This document shows, one piece after another, positions 1-10,851 of a stretch of 64,000 nt of DNA; within the stretch, counting starts at the first letter, position 1; every line of letters begins with the position of its first letter. The position numbers and the translations under genes were made by a program. The stretch comes from Macrostomum lignano (taxonomy: Eukaryota), in NCBI GenBank assembly GCA_002269645.1, contig NIVC01001914.1, forward strand, positions 62,001 through 126,000, in the 5' to 3' direction. A model generated the notes under the pieces. It was given only the letters and a program-made list of their open reading frames with translations, was not told the origin of the DNA and did no database searches.

Positions 1-198
1 ATATATCCCCTGCAATTTTTTTCTATAGTATGGTTATTACAGCCCTAAAAATCTTTGGAATTTTTATACATAAATTTATAACTGATTTAAAATGATAATC
101 TAATGACTTGCTTTATATGGATGCACTAAGTATTTTTATTTCAATTCAAGATTTCAAATATCATAACTCAATTGTTCAACTACTTATTTTATTTTTAG

Positions 199-266
199 TT
201 TGCTGCTGCCAATGAGTCCATGATCTCAATCAACACTGTCAGTTCTCGGCAAATGAGACAGCCAGG
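199..266 (+). CDS. Probable penultimate coding exon of an upstream gene that starts left of the window (FAAANESMISINTVSSRQMRQPG)
   Basis: Acceptor ttttag| at 198, donor GG|GTAAGT at 267, open in phase 0; ends in phase 2, matching the next exon. Flanks are AT-rich and intron-like. Confidence 0.55.
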
Positions 267-424
267 GTAAGTAAAAATTTAAAAAGTTAATATATACTCA
301 ATATTTCTTCTACTGATATTCTATTACTTCTTTGCTTCACTTGACAATAATAATTATTTTTTAAACTTACTGATATTTTTTGACATTATTAAATACATGT
401 CCTTTAACTTTTGACATTTTTCAG

Positions 425-494
425 TGAAGCTCTGGTTAGTGGAACAGCATCAATGTATGCAGTAACTCGCACTCCACAAGGCTCTGTGGTCTAA
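425..494 (+). CDS. Probable terminal coding exon of the upstream gene (EALVSGTASMYAVTRTPQGSVV-stop)
   Basis: Acceptor catttttcag| at 424; GG+T restores Gly and the frame is open to TAA at 492-494; AATAAA at 842-847. Product not identifiable. Confidence 0.5.
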
Positions 495-2438
495 GTCTAA
501 GAGATCAACTCTACTGCTATACTGTGCTCAGTTGAACTGTTTTGCTGTTTTATTTGCTTCTGACCTGCTTCCAAAGGTCATCTGTGTTGACTCTATATTG
601 ATTGTATATAGTCACCCATTAATCAAATTTTTTAAACTTTCTGAGTTTCTGTTCATATGTGATATATAGTTTTTTTAAATATTTTACAGCTGTTTTAATG
701 ATGCATGACTGAAAATGATATATCTAAAGTATACTTATGGACATTGCTGCATTCCACTTTTTTTACTTTCTAACACTTAGAATTGATCTCGCTAGTTAAT
801 GGGAATCTCATTGTCAAAGTATAATATTTTATCATCTTTATAATAAAACAACTGATATCAGGTAGCTAGCATTGTTATTACCATATTAATTTCGATTTTG
901 AACAGCTGGGTTTTAATTGCATTCCACTCATTTCCTACATGTATGACTTTTTTTAAAGCATAAAGTACATTTCGATTCTAGGTTTTTATTTTTGTATATG
1001 CCTACTTGTTTTTCATGTATTTTTGATGTGTTCATCTGTGATGAAAAACAATTGACTTTTTTCCTGCAACCTAGGCTTCTGCAACACCAACTGATATGCC
1101 TCTGTAGTTTATTTCGTTTCATTATTTTTACTTTTTATACTTAAATTCGAATCATCAATCGATTTTAGGAATATATATTTATTCCTAACAAACAAATTAA
1201 GGATATATGTTTTCAATTTTGACTTGTTGCTGGTATTAGAGTATAAATTTATGCAAATAAAAGATGGAACAAAAACTGGGGATTCTTGAGCCAATGGCTA
1301 GCTAAACAAATTAACAAAGCTCCCCAATGAATTTATTGGTGCCTCAAACAAATAGTCGACACTTTTAACAAAACAAAAATTGTTCCGTTCCTACTGATAG
1401 TAGCTACTGGTGGGTGTACTTGTTACAATATTTTTGGCTTTAAATTATAACTATTTAAGGCAGCCTCTGCATGCAGCCAGGCCATTCTAGCAAAGATAAG
1501 TTTTATTCTTACAAAATTAACCTAGAAAATTCTTCCGACAAAGTATTTTTTGCATGTTATTTTTATTGGGATATTCGTGATTTTAGCAAACCTTTCTGTG
1601 GAATCTTCGCCTTAAACACACTCTATTTCTAAAGTCCTATAATTGCAGCACCAAAGAAAACCACGACGCGTTACGTTCATCTTTTTAACTGTATTGCATA
1701 TTTAATAGTAATGTATATAGTATAATAGTATAATATAAATGTCATATATTTTGTTTAAATAAAGTTGGCCATAAATTCTTTACCTCGACATGGATTTTGG
1801 TTATACTAATTGTTAGCAGTAAATTTAAGTAAAATCTTTACTAGAGCTTCATATTATTAACTTTTGGTTCGTTCTATTAATATTGCACTACAGTTATTAG
1901 AGGATCGTGAGCTTACATGTGTTGCTTTAATGCTCTAGACGTCTCACAAAAAATGCATTTTTTTACTAAACTCGAAGTATTCCAATTGCATTTTGATGTT
2001 TCAACACTGCAAGTGGTACCGAATTTATAATTCTAACACAGTAGGTTAATATTTGATTTTTGTCTGCAAGACTGCGCCCATGTGAGGCCGATGATTGATA
2101 GATGACTGATGAAGTTGCGTTGGTAACTCGGAATATTTATTTGTTAATTAAAGCATATTGCAATAGAGTATATGCTCGTACAATATGGTAGCATAGACTA
2201 CGAGTAAACATTGTATGTAACCTAAACTTAATGAGGATGAACAAGCTAGATTAAACAGATAAGGATGGATCCTTAAAACCGTATAACTACTATAAACCCT
2301 TATAGTTTTATATGCAAGTAAATTTAGACAATTGTTACTCGCATTTATGCATGTGCTGTTACATGTATGCAGAGTAAGCTAGGAAAAGAATGGTTAATGT
2401 CAAGTTCACCGTGTACTTCTCACTCTTGATAGCGAGCC

Positions 2439-3638
2439 TTATTTAATCCAGTCAGCATCGCGAGAAGCCGCTGGCCAGATGCACAGAAAGAAAAGCGCAT
2501 TGAACGCGCTGGCGCCCAAATAGCTAGCAAAGCAGATTTTGTCTTTGTGTCGCACTAAAAAGGACAGAAAAACGGCCAAGCGTCGGGCAATTATCGACCG
2601 TCGTTTCTCAGCGGACTCGGACTGCGTGCGATGAGCTGCCACTTGAGGAAAACGGAACACTGCAACAAAGGTGAAGAAGATCAGTATAAGCATCTGGGTG
2701 ATTAGGAATGTTCCAACCAGAGGAATGATGTTCATCGACTTGGGCGCGGATTGGGAAGCGATGAGGACGTACAGCGTCATAGACATGATGATGGCGATTG
2801 ACACGTTAGCTCGGTCGCCCTGCTGCTCAGCGAAGAACATGATACTAGCCAGTAGCGACAACAGTTCGTACGGCACAATCATCAGGATTGCGTAATACGT
2901 CACGCGACGTTGTAGAAAGAATCGTAGATTGTAGAACTGAAACTCGGAGTTGGCAGCCCCAGCCATGTACTTGACGCTGTGGGTGAGTCCGGCCAAGTCC
3001 CACTCGCCTACACTAAAAAAAGCGCTGCTATCAGACGTACTGGCACTCATTCTGCTGGTCAGAGTAAAGCTGAAAACGCTGGATGGCGAGTTAATAGATC
3101 CGATTTGTAGTGTGCACACCTGTCGATCAAATGGAAATAGACGCATATCCAGAGAGCAAGGAAACTGGGTCACTGTGTAAATGTAAGTAAATACAGAACC
3201 ATCCGGAGACGCGATTGTTTCGAGGAATTTCGAGTTGCGCAAATCGAACAACTCGACCGATTTAGCGTTCCAATAGCCGATGTCGGGTATCCACAGGCTG
3301 TTCCTGTCAAGTCGCATCTGATTCACGCCAGTCTCAGTAGCGTTCCAGGCTAGTCTTGGATCGCGCCACGACATCAGTACCCAGCCGGACCATTCTAGCA
3401 GTTCTTCATCGCCTAGTCCGTAGACTGTCTTCACATCGATGTTCACGTGTACGGTTGTGTTGTAACCACTGAGACTGGGTGGCTGCATAGACCGGCACTG
3501 GGACAGATACTGCGGGCCGACGCTCTGAGTCAGGGCTCTGCAGACGGGTCCGTCAGTGTTGGTTGACGGATCCAGGCAGTCTGAAGGCTGCAGCGTTAGA
3601 GCCAAGGCTAGAAACTGTAATTGCATGTGTTCTTGCAT
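2439..3638 (-). CDS. Cys-loop pentameric ligand-gated ion channel subunit, copy 1 (nAChR/5-HT3-like, non-alpha, 399 aa, intronless CDS)
   Basis: Signal peptide MQEHMQLQFLALALTLQPSD, WRDPRLAWN and WIPDI motifs, Cys-loop CSLDMRLFPFDRQVC (C-x13-C), GEWDL, four TM helices, GDR before M2. ATG placed at 3638 by comparison with copy 2; the track's 3719 start is a GTG extension. Confidence 0.93.
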   Translation of the reverse strand: MQEHMQLQFLALALTLQPSDCLDPSTNTDGPVCRALTQSVGPQYLSQCRSMQPPSLSGYNTTVHVNIDVKTVYGLGDEELLEWSGWVLMSWRDPRLAWNATETGVNQMRLDRNSLWIPDIGYWNAKSVELFDLRNSKFLETIASPDGSVFTYIYTVTQFPCSLDMRLFPFDRQVCTLQIGSINSPSSVFSFTLTSRMSASTSDSSAFFSVGEWDLAGLTHSVKYMAGAANSEFQFYNLRFFLQRRVTYYAILMIVPYELLSLLASIMFFAEQQGDRANVSIAIIMSMTLYVLIASQSAPKSMNIIPLVGTFLITQMLILIFFTFVAVFRFPQVAAHRTQSESAEKRRSIIARRLAVFLSFLVRHKDKICFASYLGASAFNALFFLCIWPAASRDADWIK

Positions 3639-3992
3639 AACTATTACTCTAGACTTATTGCTTAATAATGGACAGTTGGAATTTGTGAGCAGTTGTCTGA
3701 GACAAGCTTTCTGCCTCACTAATTAATACCAAGGGATATGGAGCAGTGGAGACAAGTTGCAAGCTTTTGATTGGCTAGCGGAGCTGCGTACGATAGAAGT
3801 CGATTATTAAGGGAATGCGAAATCCATGGCAGTTCGGCAGACATAAGCTGAACATTTTAGAGGCAATCAGGCACAGGCTTCTTGATATTACGAACTGATG
3901 CGATAAGTTACAATTCCCAAGTTTTATTAAAGCAGTGGAAACACTGCACTGGTATCGAAGCTATGCTCAGTGAATTCAGTCAGAGACTTTAC

Positions 3993-4088
3993 CTAGTAAA
4001 TATTTCAAGCAGGTTGAACAAACTCCGTCGAAGCAAGAGTACCAGCTTGAACCAGCTAAACAAACTACTTGAGAACCTCTTGTTTCAT
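3993..4088 (-). other. Inferred non-coding 5'UTR exon of channel copy 1
   Basis: Minus-strand acceptor tttgcttttctacag| (AG at 4089-4090) and donor ctag|GTAAAG (3987-3992); upstream donor tcg|GTAAAT at 4187-4192; downstream acceptor ttgtctcag| at 3697-3698. Splice sites occur at equivalent positions in copy 2. Confidence 0.5.
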
Positions 4089-4463
4089 CTGTAGAAAAGC
4101 AAAAGCAAATTTTTTGATTCGAGAAAACTTTCAGTCAGCAGCAGCGGTGACTAAGCTGTCGGTTTGGTAAGCATAGGAGATGAATAATTTACCGATATGG
4201 GACTGCAGAAAAGGAATAGGACTAGACAGGAACTGTTTACCTGCTAAAACACTTCACAGTGATGAAATGTTTGAAAAGTGGAATTGAACAAGTTTTGGAC
4301 GCTTGCTAAAAGCTTTAACTTTGCCTTATTAAGGAACCCTTTATGATCAGGCATCGGACTTTGTTTCGGTATGACTTGGCATTATAATGTACCTTTTGCA
4401 ATTGAATTCGTCCAAACTGCAACACCTTTCGTACACTAATTGCTTTCTTAACGGGAGTTAAAT

Positions 4464-5206
4464 TTAGATCAGGCCATAGACAGCTGCACAAAACGTTTCA
4501 TCCAGTTTACAAAACATTTCTTGCCAATCCCAGCGGAATTGATTCAATAATGGAGACACTTTACCGGTATTTGATAGAAAACAGCACAAAATAAACAGTG
4601 TCAATGTGAGAAAGTTAAAGCAAAATTTCACTATTTGATTTTTCCATTGATGGCACTTCTCTAGTGCAATCATGTGCTGTGCAGCTTCTTCAAGCTCACT
4701 CTTCAATATCTGCATTCGCCAGGTATGCAAAGTCAGGTTCGCGACAGCGGCGGCTTGCCGTATAGAGAGTTCCTGTTGAACTGCTGGAACTGATAGGGCC
4801 CTCTTCACTGCTGCCTTCAGAGAAGAAACTGCTCGATCACCCGGTTTGGTTGAGTCACGGAGAGTACGGTAGCAGTCGAAAGGTGCTGTGCTCCGGTGAT
4901 TCAAGTCCTCATAAAATAGAACCACCTACTCAGCCTAGCAGAACGTCTAGCTACGCCAAGCAGAGTCAAGTTTTTTCCGCACTGGCCGCATACTCGCACT
5001 GTTCTCATAGTTCGATTTGCATATCCTTGAGTTCTCGTCCTCCAAACTCTCGGCCCAAATTCATCTAAAAAGATCAGGTTTCCACCGTGTCCTTCGTTAA
5101 TCATACTCTGTGTAAACTCATATCTCGCCGCCTTCACAAACTGGGTAGCTCCGTATGTATAAACTTTTTTAGTCCGCATTGAAATCATACAGGAGCCAAC
5201 TGCCAT
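4464..5206 (-). mobile_element. Decayed IS630/Tc1/mariner-type (DDE_3-like) transposase remnant
   Basis: Two frameshifted ORFs give LIFLDEFG...RTRTQGYA...VCGQCGKNLTLLG, resembling the first catalytic Asp block (FLDESG...GQRGKNLT), and ...SSLKAAVKRALS...LTLHTWRMQIL, resembling the C-terminal region. No intact ORF; TIRs not found. Confidence 0.7.
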
Positions 5207-5975
5207 AGTTTTACCCTTCTCTCTTTATTAAGTCGTACGATTGACAAACCAAATAAAAGAGCCATGCATTAATTGACTTGCTCTTAACTCATTTTATTTA
5301 ATGAAATCTTTGAATACTGCCACTGGTATTTAAATATATGTTTCAAATGTGGCCTTGATGCCGGAAAGAGTATTTGTAAGAGTAGAGCAGTCCATCAGAG
5401 ACGCGCTCCGTAAACTTCTCGAAACAAATTATACTAATGCCCCAGTAGCATGCTGTAAGTCTGTTCTTTTACCCCAAGTGGGATCCCAGAAAGGATTCGC
5501 CACCCTACTCAGAGTCTCCTGCTAAAGCTGCTGCCGTCCCGTCCAATCAGCATCGGGTGATCGCAGTTTCCTCAAACGTGAGACTTGTAGACAGCCACCG
5601 AATGAGTGTTGCGTCGCCCAAAACCAACTTAATTTATACATGCCCTCAAAGTATTCTTATGCAGCCACCGAGAAGGTTTAATCAAATGTGGAGTGGGCGC
5701 AATTAGAGGCCAGGGGTGAAATCGCCTGCAAGCTCTGTGTGCTGCTACGATCAGAGGGGGATGTACAACATCCTGATTGGATCCATAGGCCCCAACGTCT
5801 ACGGGCACGGGAGCCCATACCCCTTTGAACAGCCAAAAATCATGTTGTCACACCAAATGCTGACTACTCTTAGGCTAGTAGGCTGAACTCCGCAGCCAAT
5901 TAGATTCTCGCATTTTTGCAGCCCTAGCAGAGAATTAAGTGCTTCTGTGAGACCTGCAGGAAGTCTTGAGAAATC

Positions 5976-6896
5976 GGGAGTACGACGTTTGCTTGCGAGA
6001 AGTTTGCTTGCCGAAGTTTGCTTGCAGGAATTTTGCTTGCCGAACTTTGCTTGCCGAGCTTTGCTTGCGGAATTTTGCTTGCCGAACTTTGCTTGCCGAG
6101 CTTTGCTTGCGGAATTTTGCTAGCCGAAGTTTGCTTGCCGAACTTTGCTTGCCGAACTTTGCTTGCCGAACTTTGCTTGCCGAACTTTGCTTGCCGAAGT
6201 TTGCTTGCAGGAACTTTGCTTGCCGAACTTTGCTTGCGGAATTTTGATGTCTGCTTCCTAGAAATTCGCAATCACAATTGCAAGGTTTTAACTTGCCGAA
6301 TTAGAATATTTTCTTGTCTGCTTGCTTGTTTTGATTGCTTGTGAAGTTGGTCCGTCAATTATTACTTACTACAGATGCTTTGCAAGTGGATTCTTATCAG
6401 CGTCGACGTAAACTGACTTGACACTGAACTTTCAAACTAGGCTTATAGATTTTCATTCTAAGAATTTAGGGGTCGCAATATAAAGCTGTCGTAGCGTAAG
6501 TTCGATCGTACGTCGGAACTTTTACACTACGGAGATGGGAGCTAAGAACGATCTTACGATGTTCTGCATTAGGGCTTTTCAAATCCGCCATATCCTCATA
6601 CAAAATCATAACACTATAGGCGACTTCCACGAATCTTGGATAACAAAAATTAGAAATACAAGAGCTCAATAATAGGTTCTCTAAGGTTCCGCAAGAAAAC
6701 TGTGGCTGGCAAATCTCGGCAAGCAAAGTTCCTGCAAGCAAAGTTCGGCAAGCAAACTTCGGCAAGCAAAGCTCGGCAAGCAAACTTCGGCCGGCAAAAT
6801 TCCGCAAGCAAAGTTCGGCAAGCAGACTTCGGCAAGCAAAAGTCCCGCAAGCAAACTTCGGCAAGCAAACTTCTCGCAAGCAAATTTCATAGATCC
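5976..6896. mobile_element. 921-bp non-autonomous foldback/Mutator-like DNA element with minisatellite inverted arms
   Basis: 14-bp unit TTTGCTTGCCGAAC at ~5988-6300 and its reverse complement at ~6700-6884. The outer 38 bp of the arms are exact inverted matches. Each arm has a 12-bp terminal segment (GG...CC), and GAGAAATC is directly repeated at 5968-5975 and 6897-6904. Confidence 0.8.
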
Positions 6897-8153
6897 GAGA
6901 AATCTACATAAAAAGGCGCCTTGCTGGGCAAAAAATGAGCAGAGTCAAAAAGTAGAGCTGCAAAACTATCTGCTAGCCTCAGGTCTCAGAGCTTTATTGG
7001 AGTATGGGAGAATGAAAATGGCAGAAAAAAGTAAAAGCACGAGTAGAGTCAATCAAAATGCTCGGCGGTCAAATAGTGGCAGTCAATTTGGGGTACTCAA
7101 TCAATGTCGTGCTTTGCATGCACACACACACATACACGCACACACAGGCAGGTCCTTCAAGCTACGGTGCGACGGTACGGAGAGGCCGAACTCTAAAGGG
7201 GAAAGGCCAGAGATATGGGAGAAAAATCAGTAGAAAATAGATATAAAGTAATAAATCTTGACTTCGTAATACAAAAAAATCAATTGCACAAACAGATGGT
7301 CCAAAAACTGGTCAAGCCAAAATATTCGGCACCACAAGTGTGAAAACTTGATCGAAAAAAAGCTAAACCTAAAATTAAAGAAATGGAGAAGGGATGACGA
7401 AAGCCTGGGGAAGATGGGACAAGAGGGGAGAAATAGATAAATTGTCAAAATCCTGGCGGCCACCAGAATGTCATCCTGTGCCATCCACATGTGCATATCC
7501 GCAGTGCAGATAAGTGGTACAGAATGGTGCAAATATTAATTGTCCAAACATTGGAAAGCAAACCAATTAAATTAAACTCGGACAACATATACTCGCGTTA
7601 AGGAAAAAATTTGAATGAATATACAATCGATGCGACGAGGAACAAATACGCTTTTCTGAATGTTGACACTTCAAATTCGTATTTGCAGAGTGCTTTAGGT
7701 ACATAGGAGGTACTTTATGCCAGTGCAAATATCAGATAGCTATTCCGTTGACTTCTTGTTAGCATGAAACAACTGAGACAGCTCTACATGTAAAGAGTTT
7801 TTTGAAAATTAATTGCATTCCAAAGTCGAATCCATCGAATGAATTCTGAGAAACGTAAGAGGGTTTTGCCACGGTACCGTAATATTTAGTTTTTAAAAAT
7901 TACCATATTGTAACATCACTGGTTAATAGATCAGTTTTGACAATTTTATTGGTGGAGACACGTTACAAGGTAGAAGGGTGTTTAAAAAGGGCAATAAGAG
8001 ACTCACTGAAGGGGTACAGAATAACAGGGTGCAGGGAGTCACTCACTGCAAAGGTAAACGATATAGTAGCTAAATTTTTAGTGTCAAGTTCACCGTGTAC
8101 TTCTCACTCTTGATCGCAGGATTCTACTTGAGAAGCCAGCAGTGGTTGTGGCC

Positions 8154-9353
8154 TTATTTAATCCAGTCAGCATCGCGAGAAGCCGCAGGCCAGATGCACA
8201 GAAAGAAAAGTGCATTGAACGCGCTGGCGCCCAAATAGCTAGCAAAGCAGATTTTGTCTTTGTGCCGCACTAAAAATGACAGAAAAACGGCCAAGCGTCG
8301 GGCAATTATCGACCGTCGTTTCTCAGCGGACTCGGACTGCGTGCGATGAGCTGCCACTTGAGGAAAACGGAAAACTGCAACAAAGGTGAAGAAGATCAGT
8401 ATAAGCATCTGGGTGATTAGGAATGTTCCAACCAGAGGAATGATGTTCATCGACTTGGGCGCGGATTGGGAAGCGATGAGGACGTACAGCGTCATAGACA
8501 TGATGATGGCGATTGACACGTTAGCTCGGTCGCCCTGCTGCTCAGCGAAGAACATGATACTAGCCAGTAGCGACAACAGTTCGTACGGCACAATCATCAG
8601 GATTGCGTAATACGTCTCGCGACGCTGTAGAAAGAATCGCAGATTGTAGAACTGAAACTCGGAGTTGGCAGCCCCAGCCATGTACTTGACGCTGTGGGTG
8701 AGTCCGGCCAAGTCCCACTCGCCTACACTAAAAAAAGCGCTGCTATCAGACGTACTGGCACTCATTCTGCTGGTCAGAGTAAAACTGAAAACGCTGGATG
8801 GCGAGTTAATAGATCCGATTTGTAGTGTGCACACCTGTCGATCAAATGGAAATAAGCGCATATCCAGAGAGCAAGGAAACTGGGTCACTGTGTAAATGTA
8901 AGTAAATACGGAACCATCCGGAGACGCGATTGTTTCGAGGAATTTCGAGTTGCGCAAATCGAAAAACTCGACCGATTTAGCGTTCCAATAGCCGATGTCG
9001 GGTATCCACAGGCTGTTCCTGTCAAGTCGCATCTGAGTCACGCCAGTCTCAGTAGCGTTCCAGGCTAGTCTTGGATCGCGCCACGACATCAGTACCCAGC
9101 CGGACCATTCTAGCAGTTCTTCATCGCCTAGTCCGTAGACTGTCTTCACATCGATGTTCACATGTACGGTGGTGTTGTAACAACTGAGACTGGGTGGCTG
9201 CATAGACCGGCACTGGGACAGATACTGCGGCCCGACGCTCTGAGCCAGGGCTTTGCAGACGGGTCCGTCAGTGTTGGTTGACGGATTCAGGGAGTCTGAA
9301 GGCTGCAGCGTTAGAGCCAAGGCTAGAAACAGTAATTGCATGTGTTCTTGCAT
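8154..9353 (-). CDS. Cys-loop ligand-gated ion channel subunit, copy 2 (399 aa, intronless CDS)
   Basis: Same motifs and length as copy 1; about 23 nucleotide differences in 1200 (9 replacement, ~14 silent) by manual comparison. Confidence 0.93.
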   Translation of the reverse strand: MQEHMQLLFLALALTLQPSDSLNPSTNTDGPVCKALAQSVGPQYLSQCRSMQPPSLSCYNTTVHVNIDVKTVYGLGDEELLEWSGWVLMSWRDPRLAWNATETGVTQMRLDRNSLWIPDIGYWNAKSVEFFDLRNSKFLETIASPDGSVFTYIYTVTQFPCSLDMRLFPFDRQVCTLQIGSINSPSSVFSFTLTSRMSASTSDSSAFFSVGEWDLAGLTHSVKYMAGAANSEFQFYNLRFFLQRRETYYAILMIVPYELLSLLASIMFFAEQQGDRANVSIAIIMSMTLYVLIASQSAPKSMNIIPLVGTFLITQMLILIFFTFVAVFRFPQVAAHRTQSESAEKRRSIIARRLAVFLSFLVRHKDKICFASYLGASAFNALFFLCIWPAASRDADWIK

Positions 9354-10733
9354 AACTATATATTACTCTAGACTTATTGCTTAATGATGGACAGTTGGAA
9401 TTCGTGAGCACTTGTCTGAGTCAAGTTTTCTGCCTCACTAAATACCAAAGGATATGGAGCAGTGGAGACAAGTTGCACGCTTTTGATTGGCTAGCAGAAC
9501 TGCATATGATAGAATTCGGTTATTAAGGGAATGCGAAATACATGGCAGTTCGGCAGTTCGACAAAACTTGAGGTCTTTCGCCTCGGAAAAGCACAACAAA
9601 GCGCTGGTTTCGATGTAATACGAACTGATGCAAAAACGTACAGAGCCCAACAACAGAAGAAATTTTCCTGATAGATCTTAAAACAATATCAGCGTCATAG
9701 GGCACCTTTTCGAGCTAGGGCGCAAACATAAGCCGCACTGCCGACAGAATCATGCATGTCACGGCGGTAGGCAGCTGCAGGACTTCCTGCACTGGCTGAA
9801 GGCAGAACGACTCGGTGCGGCCTGTCAGCTGTAGACGCACCAGGCTCGCGCGACGATACAGTACCACGTAGGCAACTTCCTCATCGCCAATCTTGAAGAC
9901 TGCGCATGGCAGGCCAGTGTGCGCGGCGTTAACTTGATGCTGGAACGATTCTCAACGCTGTAAAGCAGCATTACCTGGAACAACGCCGCCCTCTGACGCC
10001 ATATAACGTAAGCCTCCTGGCTATCCCGCGGTGATGCCGCAGATCCTCACGAACCAGACTGCCGAGATAGACTAATTGCTGACGAAGTCCCGTTGCCTAT
10101 CCATCAGCGCCTCCGCACAAAAATCGCAGCCTGCATGGAAGTCGTCCAGCACGCAGGGCACGGCGGTTTTCTGCGTGTCTTCACCAGTCCAGCACTCGTC
10201 GCAGCAGCAAACAAATTTTCAGTTTTTGCTGGTCTCGACGGTTGAGAAAAGTGTTGAATTTTTTTAATATACGAGTATGAAAATTATAATCAGGATATAC
10301 ATGTACTGGGATATTGGTGCCTCCTGGATGACCTCAGCGAAGAGCCAAGATCTGCACCATTGTGTTGCTTTGGGAGCAAAGTAACCCATTGCTTTGACAA
10401 GATCCGACAAAAACCCATTTGTCGGATCTAAATGCATTATGTCCTTTTGCAGCTACCTGACTTTTTCTATGACCATATTCCCTTCAGTACTTTCATTCTC
10501 CTATCTATTCAATCCATGGCTAAACCTACCGCATTCCCCACTCAGACTATATAAGTCTTAAGCAGGTACGCCCAAAAAATCAGTACCCGTATGTTTTCTT
10601 TCCAACATCAAATATACGACCTTGTAATCGGCTAGTTCATTTTCAAACAACACCGTTTTTGAATCTTAAATTACTATATCGCAATACGCGAAACTCGTGC
10701 TTACACAGTGGACTAATAGTACCTAAACTTTAC

Positions 10734-10851
10734 CCCGTGAATATTTCAAGAATTCTAAACAGTCTGTCAATAATTAAAGGGAATCAGTGTGTACACGGGC
10801 ACACGGGCACATAAGGAACAAGGTTAGCACGAGAGCCTTCTTCTGCCTTAC
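10734..10851 (-). other. Inferred non-coding 5'UTR exon of channel copy 2
   Basis: Acceptor tttgcttttctatag| (AG at 10852-10853) and donor cacggg|GTAAAG (10728-10733), homologous to copy 1; upstream donor tcg|GTAAAT at 10961-10966; downstream acceptor at 9416-9417. Confidence 0.45.

Noticed and set aside
928-1294. Short Cys/Lys-rich minus-strand ORFs
   Set aside because: They have AT-rich background composition, no motif and no splice support.
2671-3180. + strand ORFs of 74 and 76 aa, repeated at 8386-8895
   Set aside because: They are antisense shadows of the channel CDSs.
3639-3719. 27-aa N-terminal extension of channel copy 1
   Set aside because: It starts at GTG, is not in frame in copy 2 (4-nt insertion), buries the signal peptide and crosses the inferred acceptor.
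10400-10429. 12-bp hairpin as a Helitron 3' end or intrinsic terminator
   Set aside because: There is no CTRR downstream on either strand and no U-tract; it is kept only as a note within the insertion.
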